A DNA stretch of 24,792 nucleotides. Source: Macrostomum lignano. Lineage: Eukaryota. Each line of letters opens with the position of its first letter. Positions within the stretch are counted from its first letter, which is position 1. Under the pieces are notes generated by a model that did not search any database, was not told the DNA's origin, and was given only the letters and a program-made list of their open reading frames with translations. The position numbers and the translations under genes are program-made. Of this stretch, positions 1 through 18,030 are shown one piece after another. The stretch covers positions 1 to 24,792 of the forward strand of contig NIVC01002649.1 in NCBI GenBank assembly GCA_002269645.1. The letters are read 5' to 3'.

Positions 1-519
1 GATGAAGGCATGCTCTGTAGTATGAATATATATTGTCAAGTATGCGAAAATAGGAGAGAATGAACGCCGGCTACACTACTGACAGTAGCCATTTACAGTT
101 ACATTAGTAGGCAGGCAAACACATGAAAAAAGTAATAAAATACGATAGGCAAGCAGCGGAGAGCTGGCTCTCTGACATGCATATACATACTCTAAACAGA
201 CTCGCGAAACCATTCACCACGGAAATCCGTTCCGGATAGACAGAATACCTGCAACTGTTCAGTTAGTCTAGTAGAACACAATATCAAATGACGCTGGAGG
301 GCACAGATAAGAGGAAATGACACAGAGAGCAGGAGACGCACTTTTCAATAAAATTCAATGAAGCAAGTTTAAACAAAAAAAACAAAAACTCAGAATTCAT
401 TTCTTTCATCTTAGCCACTGGGGTAAGAAATTCTGCTTCAAGGCAATCAGATATTACAACTTTTCACGAGTTCTTCTCGTAACAATACTGACATCAACTA
501 GGAAAATGGTGACTAATAA

Positions 520-960
520 CTGTTACCATGGTTACGGAGATTGTAACCATGGATATGGGGATGGGACTGTTACCATGGTTACGGAGATTGTAACCATAGA
601 TATCGGGATGGGACTGCTACCATGGTTACGGAGATTGTAACCATAGATATGGGGATGGGACTGTTACCATGGTTACGGAGATTGTAACCATAGATATCGG
701 ATGGGACTGTTACCATGGATATGAAGCTTGTTACCATGGATATGAAGCTTGTTACCATGGTTGATATGAGCTTGTTACCATGGATATGAAGCTTGTTACC
801 ATGGATATGAAGCTTGTTACCATGGATATGAAGCTTGTTACCAGAGATACAGGACTGTTACATGGTTACGGAGACTGTAGGTTACGGTTGAAATGTTCTC
901 TTTTTACACGGATACCAGAGATTGTTACCATTGATACAGAGATAGTTGCCATGGATACGG
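520..960. repeat. Minisatellite: ~4 copies of a 47-bp unit (ctgttaccatggttacggagattgtaaccatggatatggggatggga), then ~6 copies of a 21-bp unit (cttgttaccatggatatgaag), then degenerate copies
   Basis: 47-bp unit starts at 520, 567, 614 and 661; 21-bp periodicity from ~707 to 843; all units share the GTTACCATGG core. Confidence 0.93.
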
Positions 961-1125
961 CGACAATTATCACGGATACATAACGACAACTTAGAAGAAA
1001 CTGAATTAAAAACTATTACGTTAGAATCAAGCCCCAAAAAGCCCCTCCCTTAACCAGCAGAATTTCGGCTCCAAGAGAAAACTTACGCAACGAGACACAC
1101 AGGATGTGGCACAACAGACTACTCA

Positions 1126-7910
<6,785 letters not shown>

Positions 7911-9222
7911 CTATTGTGTGCAGTTTCACTGATAGGGAAAGCTTTTTCAATGCTATTTTTGATTGGCAAAACAAGTTTAGATATGATTAAGCATGCATGG
8001 ATATGATAAATTAGCATTATATAATCTCTGGTAATTGCCTGTTTATTCAATGCAGTGGGTATTGACATTCATGCAATTGCAAATGTCCATAGCCAGTATA
8101 TAAATTAATTAGTTAAGATAAAGGACTAAAATACAATACTCTAGGAAGTTCTATGAAGGCTACAATATACAAGGGGATAAAACCATCTAGCATTCCTTGA
8201 GATCATATTGACTGAATGAGGTTATTTGAGTGATCAAATGACTAACTTTATATTTTAATGACTAAAGTAGACATAGTAAAGATATGAAATATTGATAGTT
8301 AGCTATTTTAAGGGGTCAAGATACTTTTGGCTAGAGGTAGGAAGATATTGGAATCTTTCCAAAGACAGGTTTTTTATCCTATCAAATTTCTTAGAACTTA
8401 TATATTGAAGGGAGCTAAAGTTATGTTTTCACTTTTAATAGAAAGATAAGGAGAGCTTTTAAATATCTTAAGGTCAAAGACTAAAAAACAACAAAGCTCT
8501 ATATATGTATATTGTGTGGTTGGGGTTATATACTAAAAGGTTTAAGTTAAGATAGATATTTTCATTTCCTATACAAAAGGAGCTCTAAATCCTACTTATA
8601 CAGTCATTAGGATCAATCAGATTTAAGAAAATTTACATTTTATTGTACTATTTACTTTTCTTTACTTTACTTTTTATACCAAATGCATATTATGGTTTGT
8701 TTAGCAGGGACTAAAGTTAATTAATTAGATATAGTTATCATAGATATAGGTAAATTTTGATATTATGTTAAAACTAAGTTATTAATAATCAATATTAAAA
8801 CAAATATTTTTAGCTTAGGCCTCACTATAAATTAAAGTTTAAAAAATCCTTATTTGTTTTTTGTTTTTAAAATTTGTAAAATTTATATTTTGCCTATTAA
8901 CATTGGATTTACTAAATTACTTTTTCCTAAGGCTAGGCCCAAGGTATATAGCTATACATAGCTTATGGGAGAATAACTAAGATATCAAGGCTAAAGTCAG
9001 AAGCTACAGTAAATGTAGTTTATTCAAAACTTTTAATTACATTATTTGTTGGCTCTTTATAAGGGGGGTCATTGATAGAAAAAGTGTCATGTTGAAGTTA
9101 AGAGATTCATTTGGGAATTGCTGCACTGTCAAAGCTTGGAAGAGATTGCTATAATGCTATAATGACTCTTAGGGAGAATTGCTAAAATGCTAATGCTATA
9201 GCTATGGGATCCTTTGGCAAAT

Positions 9223-9458
9223 AAGACAAAAAAGTAATCCAATCAATGGAAAATATTTAATTTGTTTAAATAGGCTTTGCTGCATTTATATAAGCATGAG
9301 AGCAAAGTGGTTTTTAAAATATGAGCACATTTTCATTTTCAACCCCTTCCTCCTAGTCAATGCTTTACATATGGCGCACGATGCAGATAAGGCCTTAGGT
9401 AGGCCTATGTGGCATGCAGTGCATATGATATTTCCAAATAATCTTAGCATGCGGCATA
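9223..9458. repeat. Dispersed direct repeat, copy 1 (236 bp; partner at 10019..10254)
   Basis: Ungapped manual alignment gives 15 differences in 236 bp. Confidence 0.95.
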
Positions 9459-10018
9459 CAAATAAGGGGGGCCTATGGTAAAATAGGTGCTTATAGCAAT
9501 TATGGATTGCCTTTGGTAGATATGCTGCTCTTATAGCTACAACTATAGAAATATGGTAGTTGATGTCATATTCTGTAGATTCATATAGCCATAGTTGTTA
9601 ATTTAAAAAAATATTAGAAACAGGTAGAATAAAACAAAAATACTTTAGTAAACTGTATTATAGACTTAGATATAGGAATATGGTAATATTGGGGTCCCTA
9701 CAGCTAGCTAAGGAATATAGAGAATTGGAATTGGAATAAGCCATATATTTTGCTTATGGCTATGGCTATGGCACATAGACCCTCCTTATAATAGAACACT
9801 AGTTAGAAGGTTAACAGGAAATTTTTTAAGGCTTTAAGGCTTATTAGCCACATGCAAAATAGATTTGAAAATAAAATTAAAGGTTTGGATTTAGCTAGAC
9901 TATGAAAAATTTAATTGGTAAAATCTTGATTCTAATTATTATTTTTGATATTTTAATTATAAAATTTTTGTTAAATAATTATAATATAATAGCTTTTTTT
10001 GTTACTTTGTAGCAGAAA

Positions 10019-10254
10019 AAGACAAAAAAGTAATCCAATCAATAAAAAATATTTAATTTGTTTAAATAGGCTTCGCTGCATTTATATAAGCATGAGAGCA
10101 AAGTGGTTATTAAAATATGAGCACATTTTCACTTTCAACCCTTTCCTCCTAGTCAATGCTTCACATATGGTGCACAATGCAAATAAGGCCTTAGGTAGGC
10201 CTATGCAGCATGCAGTGCACATGATATTTCCAAATAATCTCAGCATGTGGCATA
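10019..10254. repeat. Dispersed direct repeat, copy 2 (236 bp; partner at 9223..9458)
   Basis: Ungapped manual alignment gives 15 differences in 236 bp. Confidence 0.95.
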
Positions 10255-10339
10255 GGCCATAGAGTCAAAAAGTTTTGTTGCATGCCACAGCCAGGAAGAC
10301 GGTAGAATCCTCGGAATTTTCCGGTGCAAATCAGCAATT

Positions 10340-10860
10340 TGCCGGCGCACGGCGCACACTTCACTGCGCCGCGCGCATGGGTTCGGCGCATCGGCGCATG
10401 GCTCGGTGCATTGGTGCATGGCTCGGCGCATGGCGCACAAGGTACGTCAGTGTACGTGACAATATAATAATGATATTGTATATTAAATGTCAATCAATTA
10501 ATAAAATAAACGATAGTCGATACGATAGTCGTTATTTCCAATGTTGTTTCTATTTCAAATTTCATTAATCGACTTAACAAACTTAACAAATTTGCGCCTT
10601 TCGCGGCTTTTGTTGCATCTTTTTGCTTATATTTTGCAAATAGAAGCTATGATTGAACTGCTTGAACTTCCATTGATATTGATTCAATTTAGATACTTAA
10701 TACTTGATGGTGCTTTTTCAAGTGTATTTTTCTTGGCGCATGGCGCACAAGTAATTTTTTTTTCTCGGCGCACGCGGCGCACAAGTAATTTTTTTTTCTC
10801 GGCGCACGCGGCGCACAACAAAAATTTTGATGGATGTTATTCCGGCGCACACGCTGCACC
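10340..10860. repeat. CpG-rich clusters of GGCGCAY motifs, including a 34-bp tandem duplication (ggcgcacaagtaatttttttttctcggcgcacgc) at 10742-10816
   Basis: Motif clusters at 10343-10440 and 10735-10850; 34-bp unit starts at 10742, 10776 and 10810. Confidence 0.8.
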
Positions 10861-11684
10861 TTCCTGACCATGGGTTGCATGCATGGAACATCTTTGAGAC
10901 TAGGCCTATGAGGCTATGGCACAGCTGCATACAAAAATTTTATATATGCACTGTGCATGAAGTCTCACTGCACGTGATAATGCACGCAGTGCAGGGGCCA
11001 AAAACCCTCATGCATGCCACAAATTTGTGGAGAAAACAGCATCTTGGGGAGAGTGGATTAGCACTAGGAATGCTATAAAATTATTAATAGGGCCTAAAAT
11101 AGATTTAAAAATTAACAAAGACCTACAAGCCTACAAAATTTAAATAGAAAGGGTCCCACTATAACAAAAATTTTATACACATAGCCATCCATAGCATAGG
11201 CCTAGCCTAGGCCTTAGGTACTAGGTAGTAGTAGGTAGACTAAAAGGTAAAAGTGGGATAGCCCTAAAAGCCCCTAATGCATGTACATAATGTACACATG
11301 AAGATAGGCCTAAGGATAAGTGGAAGCAGTATATTAGACATGATCTGGACAGAACCGACTTCTACGCCGACAATAATTTCCTTACCATAGCATCATGTAT
11401 AAGCTCTACAAACATGAAAGCATAGAATTTGATGCTGAACTAACCTTCGTCGAACTCTTATTTTAGCAATTGCAATTTTGTAATTTCTTTTTTACATTTG
11501 ATTTAGAACTATACTACAAGTTATAACAACAACGTTATATTGACCAGAACAATATTGCATAACATATTATGTGCCTCAGTCTTAAGAAAACAAAATGTGT
11601 ATAAATTAAGTAAATGGCTTTTAACTAGCAGCGTAAAAGCTTAGATCACAAATTTTAACATTACTGAATTTTTCGCTTTTTTTC

Positions 11685-11735
11685 CTGGAACCCCCTGCTG
11701 GAACCCCCTGCTGGAACCCCCTGCTGGAACCCCCT
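11685..11735. repeat. 13-bp tandem repeat (ctggaaccccctg) x4
   Basis: Units start at 11685, 11698, 11711 and 11724. Confidence 0.9.
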
Positions 11736-12436
11736 AGTAATTTAAGACTACAATAAACGGCTACTGTAATGAGTCAATGACACATTTAGTTATCTAAAAT
11801 ACATTATCTTTTACTGATACAAAATCTTCACCACTTTATGTTTTTGGGAAAGGAGATCAAGCAAATCACACCTCGGCCTGCTAGGCGAAAAAATCCTTTT
11901 TGGTTTTTGATCGCGTGTCTGCAGTTGGGTTGGCAACAATTGTCTACAATTTACAGCAGACAAATACAATGATCTGATGTGATGGGTAGAGTGTCTATCA
12001 GTTAACATTATACACTTCGGGCTTTGGTACCTTTTATACCTAAACCTCTAAAATTTGTAGTCACAAACTTTTGAAATGTTAAAATAAGATGACATAATTT
12101 TATATAATTTATAAATTTAATAATTGAATATTTTTTCAATATTAACTAATAACTAATATTATAGACTATATCAATTGAACAAATCATTCCATCAAAATAT
12201 GTGCTAACATAGAAATGAAATAGCTATATGATACTGTAAGTGTTGTATTAGTCATAATTTTTTAAATATTTAAATAGATAAAACAAATATATTACTGATT
12301 TCTATTGAAAAACTCATATTTCAAGTACATAACATACCATTTTATATACTTCGGTTTTTAATATTAAAAGCATTCATTCCATCTTTGCCTTTCTCCAGAA
12401 TTTATTGACAGTGAAGTTGATCATCCAAACTTGGCA

Positions 12437-15335
12437 ATGAAGTGGCACAACTCAATTATTGCACTACTCTACTTGTTCTGTACTCATCTGCATGCTCATA
12501 AGCCTGAAACCAAAATCAACAAGGCTGATAATTTTAAAGCTAGTGGACAGCCGACTCCAGCCACCGCAGTAGGCTCCAAGCCAAGATTCGCTCCACCAAA
12601 GCTACCAGATGGTGCATATTATGCGCAGTATTTTCCCGGCCCAGGAAGTCCAGCCGACCATGGTCTAGTTCTGTCCCAGTCAAAGAAGGACTCTGATGAG
12701 CTGGCAGACAAGTACGATGGCCAGTGGTCCGTAGAGGTGCCGGATAGCTCTGCCATCGAGGGCGACTACGCTCTCGTGATGAAGAGTCCAGCAAAGCACT
12801 ACGCCATCTCGGCCAAGCTCGACCGGCCATTTGTGTTCGACCAGCCCGACAAGCAATTTGTTCTGCAGTACGATGTGAAATTCCAGCACGGCATGGAGTG
12901 CGGCGGCGCCTATCTGAAACTGCTGACTGACAGTCCCAGCCTTAACCTGACAGAGTTCACTGACAGGACAGCCTACACTATCATGTTCGGGCCTGACAAA
13001 TGCGGCCCGGAGCACAAGCTGCACTTTATACTGCGCCACCGCTGCCCAGCAACCGGCAATGTAGAAGAGAAACACGCCAGAAAGCCTCAAGTAGATTTGA
13101 GCGCCTACTTCAATGACAAGCGAACTCACCTGTACACTCTGGTTGTCAGCTCGGACAACAGTTTCCAAGTGTATATCGATCAAGTGCTAGTTAACAATGG
13201 CAGCCTTCTGGAGGACCTCCAGCCGCCAGTGAATCCTCCGCCGGATGCGGACGATTCCACCGACCAGAAGCCGGCCGATTGGGATGATCGAGAAAAAATC
13301 CCAGATCCCAAAGCTGTCCGGCCGGCCGACTGGGACGAGTCGCAGTCGGAGTTCATCGACGATGCCCAGGCCAGCGTGCCGGCCGGCTGGCTGCTGGACG
13401 AGCCGCCGACCGTGCCCGACACGACGGCTAAAAAGCCGGCCGACTGGGATGACGACATCGACGGAGCCTGGCAGCCGGCGCACATCGAAAATCCCAAGTG
13501 AGAGGCCGGTGAATGCGTGCTCTTCATGCTACTCTTTTAGGGCACCTCTACCCCCTCAGCTACTTCAGAGAGCACCTCTACACCCTCAGCTACTTCAGAG
13601 GGCACCTCTACACCCTCAGCTGCTTCAGGGGGCACCTCTACACCCTCAGCTACTTCAGAGGGCACCTCTACCCCCTCAGCTACTTCAGAGAGCACCTCTA
13701 CACCCTCAGCTACTTCAGGGGGCACCTCTACACCCTCAGCTACTTCAGAGAGCCCCTCTACACCCTCAGCTACTTCAGGGGGCACCTCTACCCCCTCAGC
13801 TACTTCAGAGAGCACCTCTACACCCTCAGCTACTTCAGAGAGCCCCTCTACACCCTCAGCTACTTCAGGGGCGCCTCTACCTCTCAACTATCAGAAAGTG
13901 CCCCTACCCACTCACACTTTGAATTCCAAGGTGCAAAGACGCGCCCGGCTGCGGGCCATGGACTCGGCCGAAAGTGAGGAATCCCCTGTACCGTGGCCAG
14001 TGGACTCCGCCATTGGTGGACAATCCGGCCTACAGAGGCGCCTGGCGACCCCGCCGGATTGCCAATGCGGATGGGTTCGTGGACAAGCAGCCTTGGAAAT
14101 TTTCACCCATTGGTGCCATCGGCTTTGAGCTCTGGTCCGTGACTGAAGGCGTCGCATTTGACAATTTGCTGATAGTCGATCGCAAGCCGCTAGCCGACTC
14201 CTTCGCCGATCAGACTTGGTCGATAAAGCGCCAGGCTGAGCGCCAACAGGACTCGGCTCTGCAGGCTGTTTTTGACGCGGTGCGCGATGCCACCAACGAT
14301 AGGCCGTGGATTTGGGCGGCGCTGCTAGTTGGAGTTGTACTACCGCTAGTGCTACTCATTGCTTACTGTTGCTGTCTGCGCGAGAGCTCCCCAAGTTCGA
14401 AGGCCGCCGCCGCCGCCGCTCGGGCTAGGCGAAAGAAAACAGACGGAGACGATGACTATGATTATGATGATGAGGATGACGAAGATGACGATGATGATCT
14501 TGTCGATGATGCGGCGCCGGCAGCTGCGGAGGCTGACTATTATGACGACAGCGATGAACCGCCGGAACTGGTCGATTTGGACGCGCCTGACGATGAGTGA
14601 GTGTGGGTCCATGCTGGTTGCTGCTGCCCTCAGGGCTCTTCAGTAGGTGTGCTGCTGCCCTCAGGGCTCTTCAGTAGGTGTGCTGCTGCCCTCAGGGCTC
14701 TTCAGTAGGTGTGCTGCTGCCCTCGGTGCTCTTCAGTAGGTGTGCTGCTGCCCTCAGGGCTCTTCAGTAGGTGTGCTGCTGCCCTCGGTGCTCTTCAGTA
14801 GGTGTGCTGCTGCCCTCAGGGCTCTTCAGTAGGTGTGCTGCTGCCCTCGGTGCTCTTCAGTAGGTGTGCTGCTGCCCTCAGGGCTCTTCAGTAGGTGTGC
14901 TGCTGCCCTCGGTGCTCTTCAGTAGGTGTGCTGCTTCCCTCAGGGCTCTTCAGTAGGTGTGCTGCTGCCCTCGGTGCTCTTCAGTAGGTGTGCTGCTTCC
15001 CTCAGGGCTCTTCAGTAGGTGTGCTGCTGCCCTCGGTGCTCTTCAGTAGGTGTGCTGCTTCCCTCAGGGCTCTTCAGTAGGTGTGCTGCTGCCCTCGGTG
15101 CTCTTCAGTAGGTGTGCTGCTACTGCTGTGTAATATTATTATTTTAAGTTAAGCTCGAAAAAATTATTTCTATTGAAAGTAGCGTCTATAGTACATATTC
15201 TCTATTATTGCCATTCACTTGAAACGAGAAAAGTAAGGTTTTTTATTTTGTTTTTTTTGCAGGCCAGAGGCGGAGCCGATCGGAGCGGAGCCCTCAGTCA
15301 CGGGGCCGCGGCAGAGAACAGTCGGAAAGGCCTGA
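12437..15335 (+). CDS. CANX: Calnexin; join(12437..13497, 13931..14596, 15263..15335); 599 aa
   Basis: Signal peptide MKWHNSIIALLYLFCTHLHA; lectin motifs LQYDVKFQHGMECGGAYLKL and IMFGPDKCG; P-domain repeats KPADWD; spliced junction gives ENPK-CKDAPGCGPW; GFELWS..FDN; TM helix WIWAALLVGVVLPLVLLIAY followed by CCC; acidic tail ending GPRQRTVGKA. Donors at 13498 (GTGAGA) and 14597 (GTGAGT), acceptors ending 13930 and 15262; exons total 1800 nt in frame. Exon 3 is less certain than exons 1-2. Confidence 0.93.
13540..13885. repeat. Minisatellite in calnexin intron 1: 30-bp unit (gcacctctacaccctcagctacttcagaga), ~11.5 copies
   Basis: Exact 30-bp periodicity in lines 13561-13860. Confidence 0.96.
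14620..15123. repeat. Minisatellite in calnexin intron 2: 31-bp unit (gctgctgccctcagggctcttcagtaggtgt), ~16 copies, with alternating variants forming a 62-bp dimer
   Basis: 31-bp periodicity (14641, 14672); cagggc and cggtgc variants alternate. Confidence 0.96.
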
Positions 15336-15388
15336 AAGATCCAGATTCAACTCTGATCAATATTTTGTTATCGATTTATCGATTTGTA

Positions 15389-15394
15389 AATAAA
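15389..15394 (+). terminator. Candidate calnexin polyadenylation signal AATAAA
   Basis: AATAAA 54 nt after the predicted stop at 15335. Confidence 0.5.
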
Positions 15395-15886
15395 ATAGCT
15401 AGTTTAATCGACACTGGATTCGCGAGACTAAAAGTACAAGCTTTTTTGCATTTCTATACGCTTTTATTAATGCTCATTTAATCAGCATAGCAGTCTTCAG
15501 TTTTGTGTCTTAATATGCTCATAATTATTATGTACATGTACGAAACCGTTCTATCATAATACAGCTGAATTATTCATCGTTTATACTAATGCCTTTTTCT
15601 AGTGGAAATCTAATTCGAAACTGCTTGTTAGTTTAAATTATTTCTAAAGCACTTTGGGCATTTCAAGTACCTGTACTGCTTTTCAATCATAGTTTTATAG
15701 ATAACAAACATGCTCTGAGTTCTTTGCGAACCTGTTGTGCTTGTCACACACAGCCTTTATATTGATGAAGCGATTATTACGATAATGGCCCAGCCCAGGT
15801 TACCTTGTGTTGTGTGTCTTGTGTCATGCTGGTGCAACACAACTGGATAAAAATTTGCACCTCTTCCTAATCTAACAGTTGAAGAC

Positions 15887-16112
15887 GTAAGCTTAGCAGC
15901 CGCAGGGAGCAAGCCCGGACACCAAGTGAGTAGGTAAGCTTAGCAGCCGCAGGGAGCAAGCCCGGACACCAAGTGAGTAGGTAAGCTTAGCAGCCGCAGG
16001 GAGCAAGCCCGGACACCAAGTGAGTAGGTAAGCTTAGCAGCCGCAGGGAGCAAGCCCGGTGAGTAGGTAAGCTTAGCAGCCGCAGGGAGCAAGCCCGGAC
16101 ACCAAGTGAGTA
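15887..16112. repeat. 47-bp tandem repeat (gtaagcttagcagccgcagggagcaagcccggacaccaagtgagtag), ~5 copies, one with an 8-bp deletion
   Basis: Units start at 15887, 15934, 15981, 16028 and 16067. Confidence 0.95.
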
Positions 16113-16936
16113 AAAATATTTTACGTTCGCACTTGTCATGATTCTGGAAATGGAACTTTTCAGAAGGCAGCAGATAAAACCGAAAATTTGTAGCATACGA
16201 GCTGGTACATGTGTAGCAGTGGTAAAATCTGGGTTTTTTATTACCAAACACAACTCGACACGAGAGCATTGAAAGCGTGGACGGATTAACGCCGTAGATC
16301 AAATAGTTGCCGCCCCAGCGCATCGGATTTGACAATTCTTATCTGGAATTAAGTAGCAGCACAGACGCAGCCATGCAAAGGAGATTAGGGACCCCGGAGA
16401 GGAGAGAAGAAGAGAGGAGATCGGCCTCGTTCGCGCTCAGAGCAATCTGATTCGAACTGCATGATCGGCAGACGAGCTTGGCCATTGGCTGTATTCCATT
16501 GTCGGATAGACTCATGTAATCATTAATTGCTATTTGCTTTCCTCTAGATCTGCTCATTGCATGCTCATGAGTGCGCATGAGAACTGCTCAATTAGAGTCC
16601 CCTCTGCCCAGCTTGATCTGTATATTAGTCAAGTGCATTAACCGCCGTGCATGGGCTAATGAACTCTGCTTCAAGGTGCAAAGGTAAGCTTTATGAATTC
16701 ATTTTATTCTTGCTCACTTTATAGTTAATTACATTTATTCGACGTCGATAACGTCGACCGACGTTTCCGACGTCTAACGACGTCGCTGATAGATACGTAC
16801 TTTTACATTGCACCGACGTTCGGCCGAGGTATGACGTCGTTATCGGCCGATGTAATGTAAATTTGCATATTTGCCAGCAACGTCTCACAGCACAGGATTA
16901 TGATCCACGTCTCTGACTGGAGTTAACCGGCTGCTG

Positions 16937-17395
16937 ATGACCGAATTGTATTCCGCTAACAGACTAAACGCAGACAAAAGCCAGTCAGCCATAACGATGA
17001 CAAAGAGCGACTTGCCCATGCTCAGCCTGCACGAAATGGCCCTGATGACTCAACCACTGGATCCGTGGACCAGCGAGCGGCTGAGCAGTAACGATGCCGA
17101 GGAGTGCAGCAGCGAGACGCCGGCCAACCTGCCGCCAGACTGGAATCGGAGCCTGCGCCGAGTCTGCGGCGACAGCTGGAGGCTGCGAAGCGGCCGCGCC
17201 TTCGGCGGCAGCGGCGGCGGCCAAGGAGGCAGCTCAGACGGGCACGTCGGAGACGACGGCACAGGCTGGACAGCCGGCGATGCTGGCAAGATTATTTGCG
17301 TCACGATGGCCTTTCTCAGCTTCCTTGGCCTCATCTTGATGCTACTGATTGCGCTGCTTCTGCGTCGGGATGGTTCGCGAGGCAATTCTGACTGA
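16937..17395 (+). CDS. Hypothetical small membrane protein with one C-terminal TM helix; possibly spliced as join(16577..16683, 16963..17395)
   Basis: GC-rich, non-repetitive 152-codon ORF with exon-like composition; hydrophobic stretch IICVTMAFLSFLGLILMLLIALLL followed by RR. A branch/acceptor (gctaacag, 16955-16962) and a donor (aaag|gtaagc, 16684) join an upstream ATG at 16577 in frame. No family recognised. Confidence 0.5.
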   Translation: MTELYSANRLNADKSQSAITMTKSDLPMLSLHEMALMTQPLDPWTSERLSSNDAEECSSETPANLPPDWNRSLRRVCGDSWRLRSGRAFGGSGGGQGGSSDGHVGDDGTGWTAGDAGKIICVTMAFLSFLGLILMLLIALLLRRDGSRGNSD

Positions 17396-17965
17396 CACGA
17401 TGTCCTTTATGAATGGCATGGTTGCCTCTTGACTGAACTTGATGTCCCTCCTGAGTGACACGACGTCCTTAATTGGCTGTTTGCCAGTTTGTAATTGTAA
17501 AGCATCCCATAATAGTTGCTTACCATTGAATTAACTTCATGAAAGCTAGTGAACACAGCTTAAGAATTATTAAAAAGGACGAGCTATAAATTCTATATAA
17601 TACAGGACTGAATTGAATCACCACTCATCGACAGAAGACTTTGAAAGGCTTATAATGAAGAGTGGAAGCCCTCTGAGGCTAATAGAAAGCAATGAAAGTT
17701 TAATAATTCTTTGTGTTTAAGTACCAATGTAAAATTTATACCGAGACATGAAAGAAATAAACCAAAGAAGCACAGAAATATTGGAAGTTGACTTTATCTC
17801 AAGCAAAAGAATATTTCCTTCAGTTTAAGCTGCGAGTGGACGGAACCGTGGCAGAAATCCTCTCACTGGTACCATGTAAGTTCAGTTTTCTGCCATGCGC
17901 GATGCAGAATCTTTACTGTGTAGCTTGGCAGCTTCAGCCAACCGACTTCACACAGTGCACCCAGT

Positions 17966-18030
17966 GTAGCTGAATTCGGCTGGAGGGCCGGGGATGCAGG
18001 AACAAGGCTCTCCGCGCCGAGTTCAGCTGC
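17966..18030 (+). ncRNA. Candidate pre-miRNA-like hairpin
   Basis: 24-bp stem (17966-17989 with 18006-18030) containing four G-U pairs and one bulged C, closed by a 16-nt loop. No known miRNA recognised. Confidence 0.35.

Noticed and set aside
780-983. MDMKLVT-repeat ORF
   Set aside because: Translation of the 21-bp tandem unit.
8100-9200. Decayed transposase or reverse transcriptase ORF
   Set aside because: Frames I tried by eye contained frequent stops and no recognisable motif; a translated HMM search (Dfam/Repbase) would be needed.
9296-10262. Paired MRAKW.LKYEHIF ORFs as a small duplicated gene
   Set aside because: They are the 236-bp duplication read in frame; AT-rich, no splice or codon support, and they diverge immediately outside the repeat.
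11685-11740. Helitron 3' end (CTAG|T after GC-rich repeats)
   Set aside because: No subterminal hairpin and no identifiable 5' TC end; a single CTAG is expected by chance.
13513-13977. ORFs with APLHPQLLQ / EVAEGVEV repeats
   Set aside because: Translations of the 30-bp array inside calnexin intron 1; calnexin homology resumes exactly at 13931.
14598-14600. Calnexin ending at the TGA given by the ORF track
   Set aside because: The TGA is part of a perfect GTGAGT donor followed by an intron-type array, and a strong acceptor at 15262 continues in frame to a basic C-terminus and AATAAA. The unspliced form is not formally excluded.
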